Below are positions 26,300-35,751 of a stretch of DNA of 64,000 nucleotides, piece after piece (position 1 is the first letter of the stretch; each line of letters opens with the position of its first letter). The notes below the pieces were generated by a model. That model worked only from the letters and a program-made list of their open reading frames with translations. It did no database searches and was not told the origin of the DNA. A program made the position numbers and the translations under genes. The stretch lies in contig CAWGBN010000003.1 of the NCBI GenBank assembly GCA_963820825.1, forward strand, positions 32,001-96,000, given 5' to 3'. The stretch comes from Vulcanimicrobiota bacterium. Lineage in GTDB: Bacteria; Vulcanimicrobiota; Vulcanimicrobiia; Vulcanimicrobiales; Vulcanimicrobiaceae.

Positions 26300-28359
26300 G
26301 CGAATCGCCGATTGCGCTCTTCGTCGGATCGAAGGGAGGCGTCGGCACGACGACGCTCTGCTGCGAGCTGGCCAAAACGATCGGCCAGCGTGGAAACGTC
26401 GCCCTGGTCGATGCCGATCTGACGGGGCGCCGCGGCGTCGGAGTGCTCTTCGAAACGCTGCGAAGCCTCGACGCGGGCCGGGTCGACTCGTCCATCTCCC
26501 GCGTCCGCGCGGCGGGCATTAGCATCGTCGAACTCGCGGACCGCTACGATGCCGCCTTTACCCTCGACCCCGACGCCGTCGAGGCCTTAGCCGCCGGCAT
26601 GACCGGATTCAACACCCTCATCGTCGACGCACCGCAACCGTTCGCAGCCGCCGTCCGGCCGTTCTTAGCGCGAGCAAAGCGGATCTTTCTCGTTCTCGAG
26701 CCCACGCTTCTCGGTATCGTCGCCGCGCAGTCTCTCTATGCCGACCTGCTGCGATTCGGCATCCCGGCGAACCGAATCGCGACGATTATACAAGCTCGCA
26801 GCGACGATGCGACGGCGTCGCGCAGCCAGATAGAGCGCGCGCTCGATGCAAAGGTCGTGGCCGAGGTGCCATCGTCTAACAATCGTGGATACGCCAAGAG
26901 CGTCGCCGGCATCGCGCAATACTTTGAGGCGCTGCCCCCGGAAACGCAGCTCGCCGGGCTGCAGCCGTCGGCGGCCGCACCGCCGGGTGACGCGCGTATT
27001 CCGTTGCGCCGCACCTCCACAATGCGCTCGAACGGCAGGGGCACTTCGGCTGGTTCGACCGATACGAAGCGCGACGCATTCAAGCAGCAGGTGCACCAGG
27101 CGCTACTGCGTCAGGTCGATCTCGTCTCCGCAAGCGTTGCGCATACCGACGCAGATAAGCTCGCCGAGCTGCGCGCGAAGATCGAGAGCATTACCTCTTC
27201 GGTCGTCGCGTCGGCAAATTTCGAGGGCTCGGCAGAGGAGCTAGCGGCCCTGCGTCAGGAGATTCTCGACGAGGCGCTCGGGCTTGGCCCACTCGAAGAT
27301 CTTATGAAGGACCCCGACGTTAGCGAAATCATGGTCAACGGACCTGATAAGATCTACGTCGAGCGCCACGGCATCATCGAGAAGACGGGGAAGCGCTTCG
27401 GCGACGGCCAGCAACTGCGGCTCGTCATCGAGCGAATCATTACACCGCTCGGCCGCCGCATCGATGAGTCGTCGCCGATGGTCGACGCACGCCTCTCCGA
27501 CGGCTCGCGCGTCAACGCGATCATCGAGCCCGTCGCGATCGACGGCACGTCGCTGACCATTCGCCGTTTCGGCCAGCGGCGGCTCACAGCCGAGGATCTC
27601 GTCTCGATCGGCGCCGCTCCGCGCGTGGTAATGAACTTTCTCAGTGCCGCCGTCAAATCGCGGCTCAACTGCATCGTCAGCGGCGGCACGGGCTCCGGCA
27701 AGACGACGTTCCTGAACGTCCTGTCGTCCTTTCTACCCGAACGCGAGCGCATCGTCACCATTGAAGACGCGGCAGAGCTCCTCCTGAATCAACCGCACAT
27801 CGTCCGGCTGGAATCGCGGCCGCCCAACGTCGAGGGCACCGGCGAGATTCGGATTCGCGATCTCTTTCGCAACGCGCTGCGTATGCGGCCCGATCGGATC
27901 ATCATCGGCGAGTGCCGCGGTCCCGAGGCGCTCGACATGTTGCAGGCAATGAACACCGGCCACGACGGCTCGCTTACGACGATCCACGCGAACAGCCAAC
28001 GCGACGCGATCTCCCGCGTGGAAACTATGGTGCTGATGGCCGGCTTCGACCTCCCGGTTCGCGCCATTCGCGAACAGATCGCAAGCGCGCTCGACATCGT
28101 CGTCCATACTTCCCGGCTTCGGGACGGCTCCCGCAAGGTCATCGGCATCAGTGAAGTCGTCGGCATGGAGGGCGACATCGTCACCATGCAAGAGATCGTG
28201 CGGTTCTCTCAGCGGGGCGTCGATAAGGAAGACAAGGTTCTCGGCGCGTTCTGCTATACCGGCGTGCAGCCGGTCTGTCTCAAGCGCTTCGCCGAGTACG
28301 GTGTGCCTTACGACGCGCGCGAATTAAACGAGTTAGAGCAACTGCCTTCGCTATGGTAG
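26296..28359 (+). CDS. cpaF: Fusion of a CpaE/TadZ-like ParA/MinD domain and the CpaF/TadA assembly ATPase
   Basis: N-terminal [10 protein letters not shown] and LVDAD; C-terminal [37 protein letters not shown]. Confidence 0.93.
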   Translation: MSESPIALFVGSKGGVGTTTLCCELAKTIGQRGNVALVDADLTGRRGVGVLFETLRSLDAGRVDSSISRVRAAGISIVELADRYDAAFTLDPDAVEALAAGMTGFNTLIVDAPQPFAAAVRPFLARAKRIFLVLEPTLLGIVAAQSLYADLLRFGIPANRIATIIQARSDDATASRSQIERALDAKVVAEVPSSNNRGYAKSVAGIAQYFEALPPETQLAGLQPSAAAPPGDARIPLRRTSTMRSNGRGTSAGSTDTKRDAFKQQVHQALLRQVDLVSASVAHTDADKLAELRAKIESITSSVVASANFEGSAEELAALRQEILDEALGLGPLEDLMKDPDVSEIMVNGPDKIYVERHGIIEKTGKRFGDGQQLRLVIERIITPLGRRIDESSPMVDARLSDGSRVNAIIEPVAIDGTSLTIRRFGQRRLTAEDLVSIGAAPRVVMNFLSAAVKSRLNCIVSGGTGSGKTTFLNVLSSFLPERERIVTIEDAAELLLNQPHIVRLESRPPNVEGTGEIRIRDLFRNALRMRPDRIIIGECRGPEALDMLQAMNTGHDGSLTTIHANSQRDAISRVETMVLMAGFDLPVRAIREQIASALDIVVHTSRLRDGSRKVIGISEVVGMEGDIVTMQEIVRFSQRGVDKEDKVLGAFCYTGVQPVCLKRFAEYGVPYDARELNELEQLPSLW

Positions 28360-29216
28360 CTGCGCTCGTACCGATCGCCGTTTTTGCGGGCGTCTCCGCG
28401 ACGGTGTTCTTTGCCTTCTTCTCCTTCTGGGGCTCGGTCAACGAGCGCGCCAATGCGCGCGTTCGCGGAATCGCCGATCGGCTCGACCGCGCCGGCATTC
28501 GAACCGGATCGCAGGAGATCGTGTTGACGGTCGTCAGCGCAGGGGCGATTCTCTGGATCGCAATTCTCCTCTTTCTGCACCCTCCCTTATGGCTTTCGCT
28601 GATTCTGCTACCGGCGATCGCGGCGGTGGGCGCGGTGGGATTCTTCGCCTACGTCAACTTTGCGACCGCGCGCCGGCTGAAGGCATTCACCTCGCAACTA
28701 GAGCCTGCAACGCGACTGCTGGCGGGCGGCTTGCGGGTGGGCTTGGGTCTACGTCAAGCCCTTGCGATGGTGGTCGAAGAGCTTCCGGACCCGGCCCGTC
28801 ATGAGTTTCGCCGCGTGATCGGGCAGACCAACCTCGGCGCGAGCGTCTACGACGCTTTCGACGATCTCGCCGACCGAATGCCGAGTCATGAGAGTCTCAT
28901 GCTCGCGCGAGTCTTCCGCGTACAATCCGAAACGGGCGGCGACCTCGCGCGCATTCTCGATCAATTGGCCGAGACGATCAAGCACCGGCGCCAGGTGACG
29001 CGAAAGATCGACGCGCTGACCGCCGAAGGCCGAATGAGCGCCTGGGTATTGATGCTCATCCCTATCTGTCTGGGCGCATTCATCACCACAACGCAAGAGA
29101 GCATGGGACACGCTCTGCTCTATACGACTATCGGCCATATCGTATTGCTCATCGTCGCCGGCCTCGAAGCCGCGGCGTACCTCTGGCTCAAAGCACTGCT
29201 GAGGATCGACGCCTGA
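28353..29216 (+). CDS. tadB: TadB inner-membrane platform protein
   Basis: T2SSF-like; ETGGDLARIL, ALTAEGRMSA. Confidence 0.9.
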   Translation: MVAALVPIAVFAGVSATVFFAFFSFWGSVNERANARVRGIADRLDRAGIRTGSQEIVLTVVSAGAILWIAILLFLHPPLWLSLILLPAIAAVGAVGFFAYVNFATARRLKAFTSQLEPATRLLAGGLRVGLGLRQALAMVVEELPDPARHEFRRVIGQTNLGASVYDAFDDLADRMPSHESLMLARVFRVQSETGGDLARILDQLAETIKHRRQVTRKIDALTAEGRMSAWVLMLIPICLGAFITTTQESMGHALLYTTIGHIVLLIVAGLEAAAYLWLKALLRIDA

Positions 29217-30088
29217 TGCCTGCACTATTCATCTTGCTCATCTCGATGCTCTCCGCCCTCGCGGCGTTCTTCTTTCTTCTCTCGATCATTCCGACGAAGA
29301 ACGTGCTGGCCGAGCAATTAGAAGAGCTCAAGACGCGCGACCCGATTAAGAAAGAGCGGTCTCCGCTCCCGTTCGTCGAGCAAATTCTTACCGACGACCG
29401 GCGCGTCGCGCTCGCGCGCCGGCTCGCGGAGGCCGGCTGGTATACGACGACCCCGTTGAAGTTCGGGCTGCGCCTCATCGCAGGGGCGTTTTTCGGCGCC
29501 GTGCTCGCTCTGGTCATCTGGCGTGTATTCGATATCGGAACCGCGTGGCTGATTCCGATGATCGGCGGTTTGGCGTTCTGCGGAGGCTACGCCCCGTACT
29601 TCGTTCTCAATCGCGCGAGCGATTCGCGCAAGGCCACGATTCAAAAGAGTCTGCCCGAGTTTTTGGACATGGTCGCTTCGACAGTGCAGGCCGGGCTCGC
29701 GCTCAACTCGGCGCTGGGATATGCCGTCGATGCGGTTCCCGGAGCGCTCGGCGACGAGATCAAGGAGGCGCTTTCGCAGATTCGCATGGGCCGCGCGCGG
29801 GCCGACGCGCTGCGCGCAGTCGGCGAGCGAACGAACCAGCCGGCGTTGCGTAACGCGCTTCGGGTGATGACGCAAGCCGAACGTCTCGGCGCGAACGTGT
29901 CGAAGATGCTCAACGACCTCGCCGAAGACGCGCGCCATCAACGGCTAATGCTGGTCGAAGAGATGGCCGCAAAATTGCCCGTGAAGATGGTCTTTCCGAT
30001 GGTCTTCTTTATGATCCCGGCGATCATCACCGTGATTTTCGGCGCCGTCGCTGCGAACTATTTTGCGGGCACGGCCGGCAAACCGTGA
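29216..30088 (+). CDS. tadC: TadC inner-membrane platform protein
   Basis: LPEFLDM...AGL; AAKLPVKMVFP. Confidence 0.9.
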   Translation: MPALFILLISMLSALAAFFFLLSIIPTKNVLAEQLEELKTRDPIKKERSPLPFVEQILTDDRRVALARRLAEAGWYTTTPLKFGLRLIAGAFFGAVLALVIWRVFDIGTAWLIPMIGGLAFCGGYAPYFVLNRASDSRKATIQKSLPEFLDMVASTVQAGLALNSALGYAVDAVPGALGDEIKEALSQIRMGRARADALRAVGERTNQPALRNALRVMTQAERLGANVSKMLNDLAEDARHQRLMLVEEMAAKLPVKMVFPMVFFMIPAIITVIFGAVAANYFAGTAGKP

Positions 30089-30696
30089 TCGCTGTTATCG
30101 CCGCGGCGCTCTTCTTCGCGTCGCTTGCGTTTATTGCCGTTTCGGCGAGCCGTGCCATTTGCACGGGCGTCACGCCGGACGAAGATGGCCCGCCCGCAGG
30201 GAAGCCGCCTTACGCGGTGCTCGTCGCCGCATCGGCGCTGCTGGGCGGGCTGCTCTTGTATTGGCACGCAACCCCGCTCCAGCTTGGCGTAGCGGCCATC
30301 GTGCTTTTCGCGCTGGTCGCCTGCTGGTGCAGCGATGCCCTGTGCGGCATGGTTCCGGACGTCTTCACCCTGACGCCGCTTGCGGCGCTGCTGCTCTTCT
30401 CTTTAGCGCAGCACAATTGGGATATTTGGTTCTCCGCGCTCGTCGCGTTCGCACCGTTTGCGGTTGCCGCGCTCTTTTCGCGCGGACGCGGCATGGGATG
30501 GGGCGACGTTAAGCTCGTTGCGCTCTCCGGCGCTGCGCTCGGCGCGCCGCTGGTCGTCTTCGTGCTTGCGGCGGCGTGCGGCGTTGCCGCCGTGATGCAC
30601 GGCTTGAGCCGCACGAAACGCAACGGACCGATCGCGTTTGCGCCCTACATTGCTGCGGCCACCGGAATCGCATTACCGCTGGGACTCGCGCACTAG
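30085..30696 (+). CDS. Second prepilin peptidase (A24)
   Basis: SDALCGMVPD, GMGWGDVKL, PIAFAPYI. Confidence 0.85.
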   Translation: MIAVIAAALFFASLAFIAVSASRAICTGVTPDEDGPPAGKPPYAVLVAASALLGGLLLYWHATPLQLGVAAIVLFALVACWCSDALCGMVPDVFTLTPLAALLLFSLAQHNWDIWFSALVAFAPFAVAALFSRGRGMGWGDVKLVALSGAALGAPLVVFVLAAACGVAAVMHGLSRTKRNGPIAFAPYIAAATGIALPLGLAH

Positions 30697-30711
30697 GTCG
30701 TTGCGCTAGCA

Positions 30712-31290
30712 ATGCGGCGTCCGGATTTTCTGACCGCACTCGCCGCCGCGACCTTCGCCGGCATGTCGCCGCGGGCGGTGCGCGCCGCAATCCCGGCGGC
30801 GCGACGGCGGATCCTCTGGCTCCGGCACGAGGCCGACTCCAGCGAAGTGATCGCCCCCTTCTGCGTCGACGGCCGCACGGTCTACCAGCCCGGCTACCGC
30901 GAGATCTGCTGGCTGATGCGTGACCGACACGTCCCCTCGGCGCAAGGCTACGTGCAGTTCGACGTCGTCGAGATCGAGGCGCTCTGGGAAGTGCAGCGCG
31001 CGCTCGCGCTCAACGGTATCTACAAACCGCTGGTCATCACCAGCGGCTACCGCACGCCGCAAACCAACGAAGCGACCGAGAATGCGGCGCGCAACAGCAT
31101 GCACCTCTACGCCAAAGCCGCCGACATGTACGTCGAGGGGCTCTCGATGCGCGATCTCTTCGACACGTGCTGGTCGCGCTCGATCTCCGGCGGAATGGGA
31201 TACTACGACGACCACGTTCACCTCGATTCGGGAACCCGCCGCTGGTGGGTCGGCGACCTGGCCGTTCCGGTGTTCGAAAAACCAAGCTAG
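30712..31290 (+). CDS. YcbK/DUF882-like M15A peptidoglycan peptidase with Tat-like signal
   Basis: MRRPDFL N-terminus; ITSGYRTP, SMHLYAKAAD, HVHLD zinc motifs. Confidence 0.88.
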   Translation: MRRPDFLTALAAATFAGMSPRAVRAAIPAARRRILWLRHEADSSEVIAPFCVDGRTVYQPGYREICWLMRDRHVPSAQGYVQFDVVEIEALWEVQRALALNGIYKPLVITSGYRTPQTNEATENAARNSMHLYAKAADMYVEGLSMRDLFDTCWSRSISGGMGYYDDHVHLDSGTRRWWVGDLAVPVFEKPS

Positions 31291-31345
31291 CGCTTTTTTA
31301 GCCAAGCGGCAACTGGTGACGCAGGTGAATCTTTTCGGAGGCGGT

Positions 31346-32677
31346 ATGGGTAGAAGCCACTACGATGTTGCTGCTGGCCCGGTCCCCCCGCCGGATCGTT
31401 TCGCGTCTGTCGTACGCGGCAGGCGCCTATTGGGCCGCAAACGTCGTCCTGGCCGCGATCGAGCTGCGCTGGCACCCGATCACCCGGTTGCTGCTCTGGG
31501 ACATCTCCCGTTTCAAGGAGCTGGCCCCGTTGTTCGCCCGTCTGATTCATCCCGGCGCCTAAGCGACTTCGACTTTAGCCATAACGGCATCGGCTTTCTA
31601 CGCTTCTTCTTTGCGTCGCTCGTCGTCTGGTCGCACGCCTTCAACCTCGGCGGCTTCGGCATCGATCCGCTCTCGGCGTTCACTAAGGGCGTCGAGGACG
31701 GCGGTACGATCGCCGTCGACGGTTTCTTCGTACTCAGCGGCTTCTTGATCGCGCGCAGCTTCGAACGTACCGGTCATCTCGGCCGGTACCTCTGGCATCG
31801 TGCGCTGCGCATCTTTCCCGGCTTTTGGGCATGCCTGGTCGTCGTGGCGTTCGGTTTTGCACCGCTCGTTTACGTTCACGAACGGGCGACGCTCGCCGGA
31901 TTTTTCGCCGGGCCGAATTCGCCTTGGACGTACCTCAGTTCGAACGCCCTGCTGGTGATGAATCAGTACGATATCGGCGGACTGCTGGCCGGCGCGCCGG
32001 TACCGCTGCTCTTCAACCATTCGCTCTGGACGCTCCAGTACGAGTTTCTCTGTTACCTCATGGTCGGCGCGCTCGGAACGCTCGTGCTGGTGATGCGAAA
32101 GCCCGCGCTCTTCTTGCTGCCGCTAGGCCTCTGCTTCGCCCTCTTCGCGGCAGCATCGTGGTACCGCAGTCTCGAGCAGGTGCCGACGGCGCTGCGCGCG
32201 TTCGAGCTCTACACCTTCTTCGCCATCGGCCTCTGCGCGTACGTCTTTCGCGAGCGGTTGCCGGTTCGCGGCTCGCTCGCGTGCCTGTCGCTGCTGCTCG
32301 TTGCCGCGACGATCGCGACCCGCGCGTACGGCCTCGTTCTACCCTTCGCGCTCTCGTATCTCACGCTTTACGTCGCGATGTTTCTTCCGCTGCGCGACTT
32401 CGACAAGCGCTGCGACCTCTCGTACGGCATTTATATCTATGCGTTTCCCATATCGCAGCTCTCGACCGCGTTCGGCGTGGCGCGTGAAGGCTTCATGGCA
32501 TATCTCGGCCTCGCGTACTTCGCCAGTTTAGCCTTCGCCGCAGCGAGCTGGTTCGGCATCGAGAAGCGCAGCCTCGCGCTAAAGAATTCGGTATTCTCTC
32601 GAGACGTGCGCCCGCAGCTAGGGGATCGCGTCCGGATACCAGTCCGCGAAGGCGCGTCGCGCACCGTTATCCCGTAG
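31346..32677 (+). CDS. Acyltransferase-3 (OafA-like) O-acyltransferase; start uncertain
   Basis: LRFFFASLVVWSH, VDGFFVLSGFLI, RALRIFP, SLWTLQYE, DLSYGIYIY. Confidence 0.88.
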   Translation: MGRSHYDVAAGPVPPPDRFASVVRGRRLLGRKRRPGRDRAALAPDHPVAALGHLPFQGAGPVVRPSDSSRRLSDFDFSHNGIGFLRFFFASLVVWSHAFNLGGFGIDPLSAFTKGVEDGGTIAVDGFFVLSGFLIARSFERTGHLGRYLWHRALRIFPGFWACLVVVAFGFAPLVYVHERATLAGFFAGPNSPWTYLSSNALLVMNQYDIGGLLAGAPVPLLFNHSLWTLQYEFLCYLMVGALGTLVLVMRKPALFLLPLGLCFALFAAASWYRSLEQVPTALRAFELYTFFAIGLCAYVFRERLPVRGSLACLSLLLVAATIATRAYGLVLPFALSYLTLYVAMFLPLRDFDKRCDLSYGIYIYAFPISQLSTAFGVAREGFMAYLGLAYFASLAFAAASWFGIEKRSLALKNSVFSRDVRPQLGDRVRIPVREGASRTVIP

Positions 32678-32838
32678 CACCGGGTACGAATCAAACCAAG
32701 AGAGTTCTTCACCAAGCCAATCAACGGGCAGGCATTCGGCGGCCGAACGACCGGCGATGCATCTCGTCGCGCGGGTCCTCCGGCAGGCACGCAATCGACA
32801 GGCACGTAACGCAGCGTGATGGGAGACGGCGTCCGGCC

Positions 32839-34194
32839 GTGCTAGCGCGGCAGCGAATTGCGTGGCCGGCGGCGGTCATCGCGCTCTTCCTCGTCGTAGC
32901 CGGCGTCTATACCTACCTTGGAATGTGGCGCTACGCCATCTTTCGAGCCGGCATCGACGATTTGATTTTCACGCAAATCGTAAACGGCGCGTTCTCGGGA
33001 TTTTCGGCGGCGGTTGAAGGCTCGGTCAATCATTTCCTGGTGCACTTTTCGCCGATCTTATACGCCGCCGTACCGTTCGTTCGCGCGTTCGACGGTGCAC
33101 GCGGCTTAGTTCTGCTGCAATGCCTGCTTACGGCCGCGACGATCGTCCCGTTGTGGGGACTCGCCTCGGCGCGCTTGCCGAAGTGGCTCGCTTTTGTAAC
33201 GACGTTCGTGGCGGCGACCTACCCGGTGCTCAGCGCCGAGGCGGTCGGAGACTTTCACGAGCTCGCCTTTGCGCCGCCGATTGCCGCGACGATGGTCTGG
33301 GCGATCGACCGGAGACGGTGGCGGGTTGCGGTCGTGATGGCCGCACTGCTCGCGATGGTCAAGGAGGATCAGTTCGTCAGCCTGGCATGGATCGGACTCG
33401 CGGTCGCGTTTATAGGGCGCCGAGACCGGCAGATGCGCTCGTGCGGTGCGTGGATCGCTGCCGTCGGCGTCGGCGCCGCGATACTCTACTTCGGGATCCT
33501 ACGTCCGCTGATCGACGTCCATTCTCAATACTTCTCGTTTCACTACTACGAGTGGTGGCGCTTTCCGGCGACGCCGGCGGGGTTTGCGGGTCCGCTCTCA
33601 CCGCTGCGCGCGCAGTACCTCGTCGCGATTCTGCTGCCGCTCGCCTTTCTGCCGCTGGCGTCGCGGTACGCGCTCTTTGCGCTCCCGGGTTTGGCCGAAG
33701 TCCTGCTCTCGCACGAGGCGATAACGATGGCGCTGGGCGCGCATTACACCGCGACGTGGAGCCCGTACTTGCTCTGCGCCTTCGTCGACGGGACCTCAGT
33801 CGTCTACCGCCATTCCCAGGCGTTTGCGAAGGGGGCGCTTGTCGTTGCGCTGCTCGCCTCCGTTTGGACGTCGCGCTTTTACAGCCCGATCGATCCCGGC
33901 TTCGCGCTCTACCGGCGCCCAAACGCCCAGGACGCAACCCGCGAGCACGTGCTGGCCACGTTGCCGCGCAGCGCGGTCGTCGGAAGCGGCGCATTTATCT
34001 TACCGCACATCGCCATGAACCCGCACGCCACGATCGCCATGGAGAACGGCCAGACATATCTGGTCTTCGACGCATTCACCGATCCGGCGTATTGGTCGGC
34101 CAAGGACGCACCGAAGGTTGATCGGCTCGTTAGAAGCGGCGCCTACCGTCGCGCCTTCGCCGGCGCGGGAATCGTCGTGCTCGTGAAGCCATGA
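32839..34194 (+). CDS. DUF2079-like polytopic membrane protein (GT-C-like)
   Basis: DDLIFTQ, HFSPIL, DFHE and KED motifs; many TM. Confidence 0.75.
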   Translation: MLARQRIAWPAAVIALFLVVAGVYTYLGMWRYAIFRAGIDDLIFTQIVNGAFSGFSAAVEGSVNHFLVHFSPILYAAVPFVRAFDGARGLVLLQCLLTAATIVPLWGLASARLPKWLAFVTTFVAATYPVLSAEAVGDFHELAFAPPIAATMVWAIDRRRWRVAVVMAALLAMVKEDQFVSLAWIGLAVAFIGRRDRQMRSCGAWIAAVGVGAAILYFGILRPLIDVHSQYFSFHYYEWWRFPATPAGFAGPLSPLRAQYLVAILLPLAFLPLASRYALFALPGLAEVLLSHEAITMALGAHYTATWSPYLLCAFVDGTSVVYRHSQAFAKGALVVALLASVWTSRFYSPIDPGFALYRRPNAQDATREHVLATLPRSAVVGSGAFILPHIAMNPHATIAMENGQTYLVFDAFTDPAYWSAKDAPKVDRLVRSGAYRRAFAGAGIVVLVKP

Positions 34195-34197
34195 GGC

Positions 34198-34833
34198 TCA
34201 CGCTGCGCGCGTCATCGCCGGCTGCTCGATGCGGCTCTTATCGATGACGATCGACGCGCGGTGAGCCGGCTCGCATTTCGCAAGGTATCGTTGCTGCCCG
34301 CCGACGTAGCGTTGGCGATAGAGCGCGAGCGGAATGGAGGTCGGTTCTCGCTCCAAGCCGCGAGCGAGCGAGATGTCAAAGGGGACGTCGAGGTAGATGG
34401 AGAGATCCCAGTACGCTCGCAGTTCGCTGCGATGCAGAAAAGATGCCGTCGAATAGTAGAATGGCGCGGTCCGGCGCAATCTCTCGCGCAACCGAAATTT
34501 CCCAATCGAGGCGATGATCGAAGAAGGCACGCTGGTACGCTCTCGAGCCGCCCGGACTCAGCGGATCCAACAGCGGCTCCGTCAGGGCCGCGTAGTTATA
34601 CGAATCGAAGTAAAAGCCGTCGGGCGAGTATCGTCCGCGCGCGTACCGAATGCGCCGCGGGTTCTGAAAATCGTCGACGCCGGCGCGAATGGTCCGATGT
34701 CCGCGCGTTTCCAGCACGTCTGCAAGCTCGTCGGCGAAGATGCTCTTCCCGCCCCATCGACGCCGTCAATGGCCACTCTCGTCACCGAGTCGCTCGTCAT
34801 CGCCTCGATCCGATCTGCCACGGATTCCAGCAT
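34198..34833 (-). pseudogene. Uridine-kinase-like P-loop NTPase split by two single-base indels (possibly sequencing errors)
   Basis: VAIDGVDGAG(K) / VDDFQNPR...DGIF / LHRSEL...RYVGGQ lie in three frames; breaks at C-run 34748-34750 and A-run 34438-34441. Confidence 0.8.
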
Positions 34834-34883
34834 GGCCGTACGCTCCGGCGTGACGACTCTTTCTAACGCCGCTTGACCGCGTT

Positions 34884-35177
34884 CTACTCGTTCCACTCGT
34901 CGGCATCCAGCTCGGGCCTCGTCACGTACGCCCACATCGACGGGTCGGTCACCACGTGCTGATAGAACCGAGCGTTCCAAGCATTCTGCAAGCAAAAAGC
35001 GCCGGCGACGGCCGCGGCGGCGAAACCGATGAATGTGCCCGTGCGCCACGCCGCTACCGCGCTCCCCGCGGCAACGACCAAGCAAATCCAAGCCCACATT
35101 CCGTAACGCTCGCTCTGCGAGACGCACCATTGCGCCGTCATCTCGTTGACGGTCTTTGGCTGTGACGAGTCGAGCAC
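34884..35177 (-). CDS. Small hypothetical membrane protein or gene fragment
   Basis: Two hydrophobic segments; fills the gap between co-oriented genes. Confidence 0.45.
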   Translation of the reverse strand: MLDSSQPKTVNEMTAQWCVSQSERYGMWAWICLVVAAGSAVAAWRTGTFIGFAAAAVAGAFCLQNAWNARFYQHVVTDPSMWAYVTRPELDADEWNE

Positions 35178-35201
35178 GGGTCCTCCGATCCGCGGGGGAT
35201 C

Positions 35202-35738
35202 CTATGGGGCGTTCAAATCGATCGTATACCTGCGTCGCTTCGGCCCGGGCAGCGGTGAATCCGCGATCCGTACCCCGCCGCACTTCTCGATGACTCGCAG
35301 GGAGGCGCGGTTATCGTCGAGACACGTTACCAATGCCTGCCGCTCGCCGCGCTGCGCCAAGCACTTCAGCGCTTCGCAAAGCGCGAAGGTCGCGATACCT
35401 TGGTTGCGATAGCCCGGATGAACGAGATAGCCCACGTGGCCGCCGACGTAGTGCAGCCAGCCCTCGAGCCTGCGGCGCACGCTGATCTCGCCGACGACCA
35501 CGCCATCCTTGACGATCCAGAACTCGTCGGACGGAACCCAGCCCTCCGAAAGTCCTCGCCCTTCGCTCCAGCCGTTGAGCAGATCGATGTATGCGGGAAC
35601 GTCGGTATGGGCGATCTCCGTCGAATCGATGTTTGGGGCGGGCGCCCAGCGATCGTCGCCGGCCGCTACAAAGGCGTCGCGCATTTCGGCGAACGATTCC
35701 GCCAGATCGAGACTCGGACGCCGCAGCGAGAGAGGCAA
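35202..35738 (-). CDS. GNAT N-acetyltransferase
   Basis: GGHVGYLVHPGYRNQGIAT; NRASLRVIEKCGG. Confidence 0.9.
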   Translation of the reverse strand: MPLSLRRPSLDLAESFAEMRDAFVAAGDDRWAPAPNIDSTEIAHTDVPAYIDLLNGWSEGRGLSEGWVPSDEFWIVKDGVVVGEISVRRRLEGWLHYVGGHVGYLVHPGYRNQGIATFALCEALKCLAQRGERQALVTCLDDNRASLRVIEKCGGVRIADSPLPGPKRRRYTIDLNAP

Positions 35739-35751
35739 ATGCCGGACGAGG

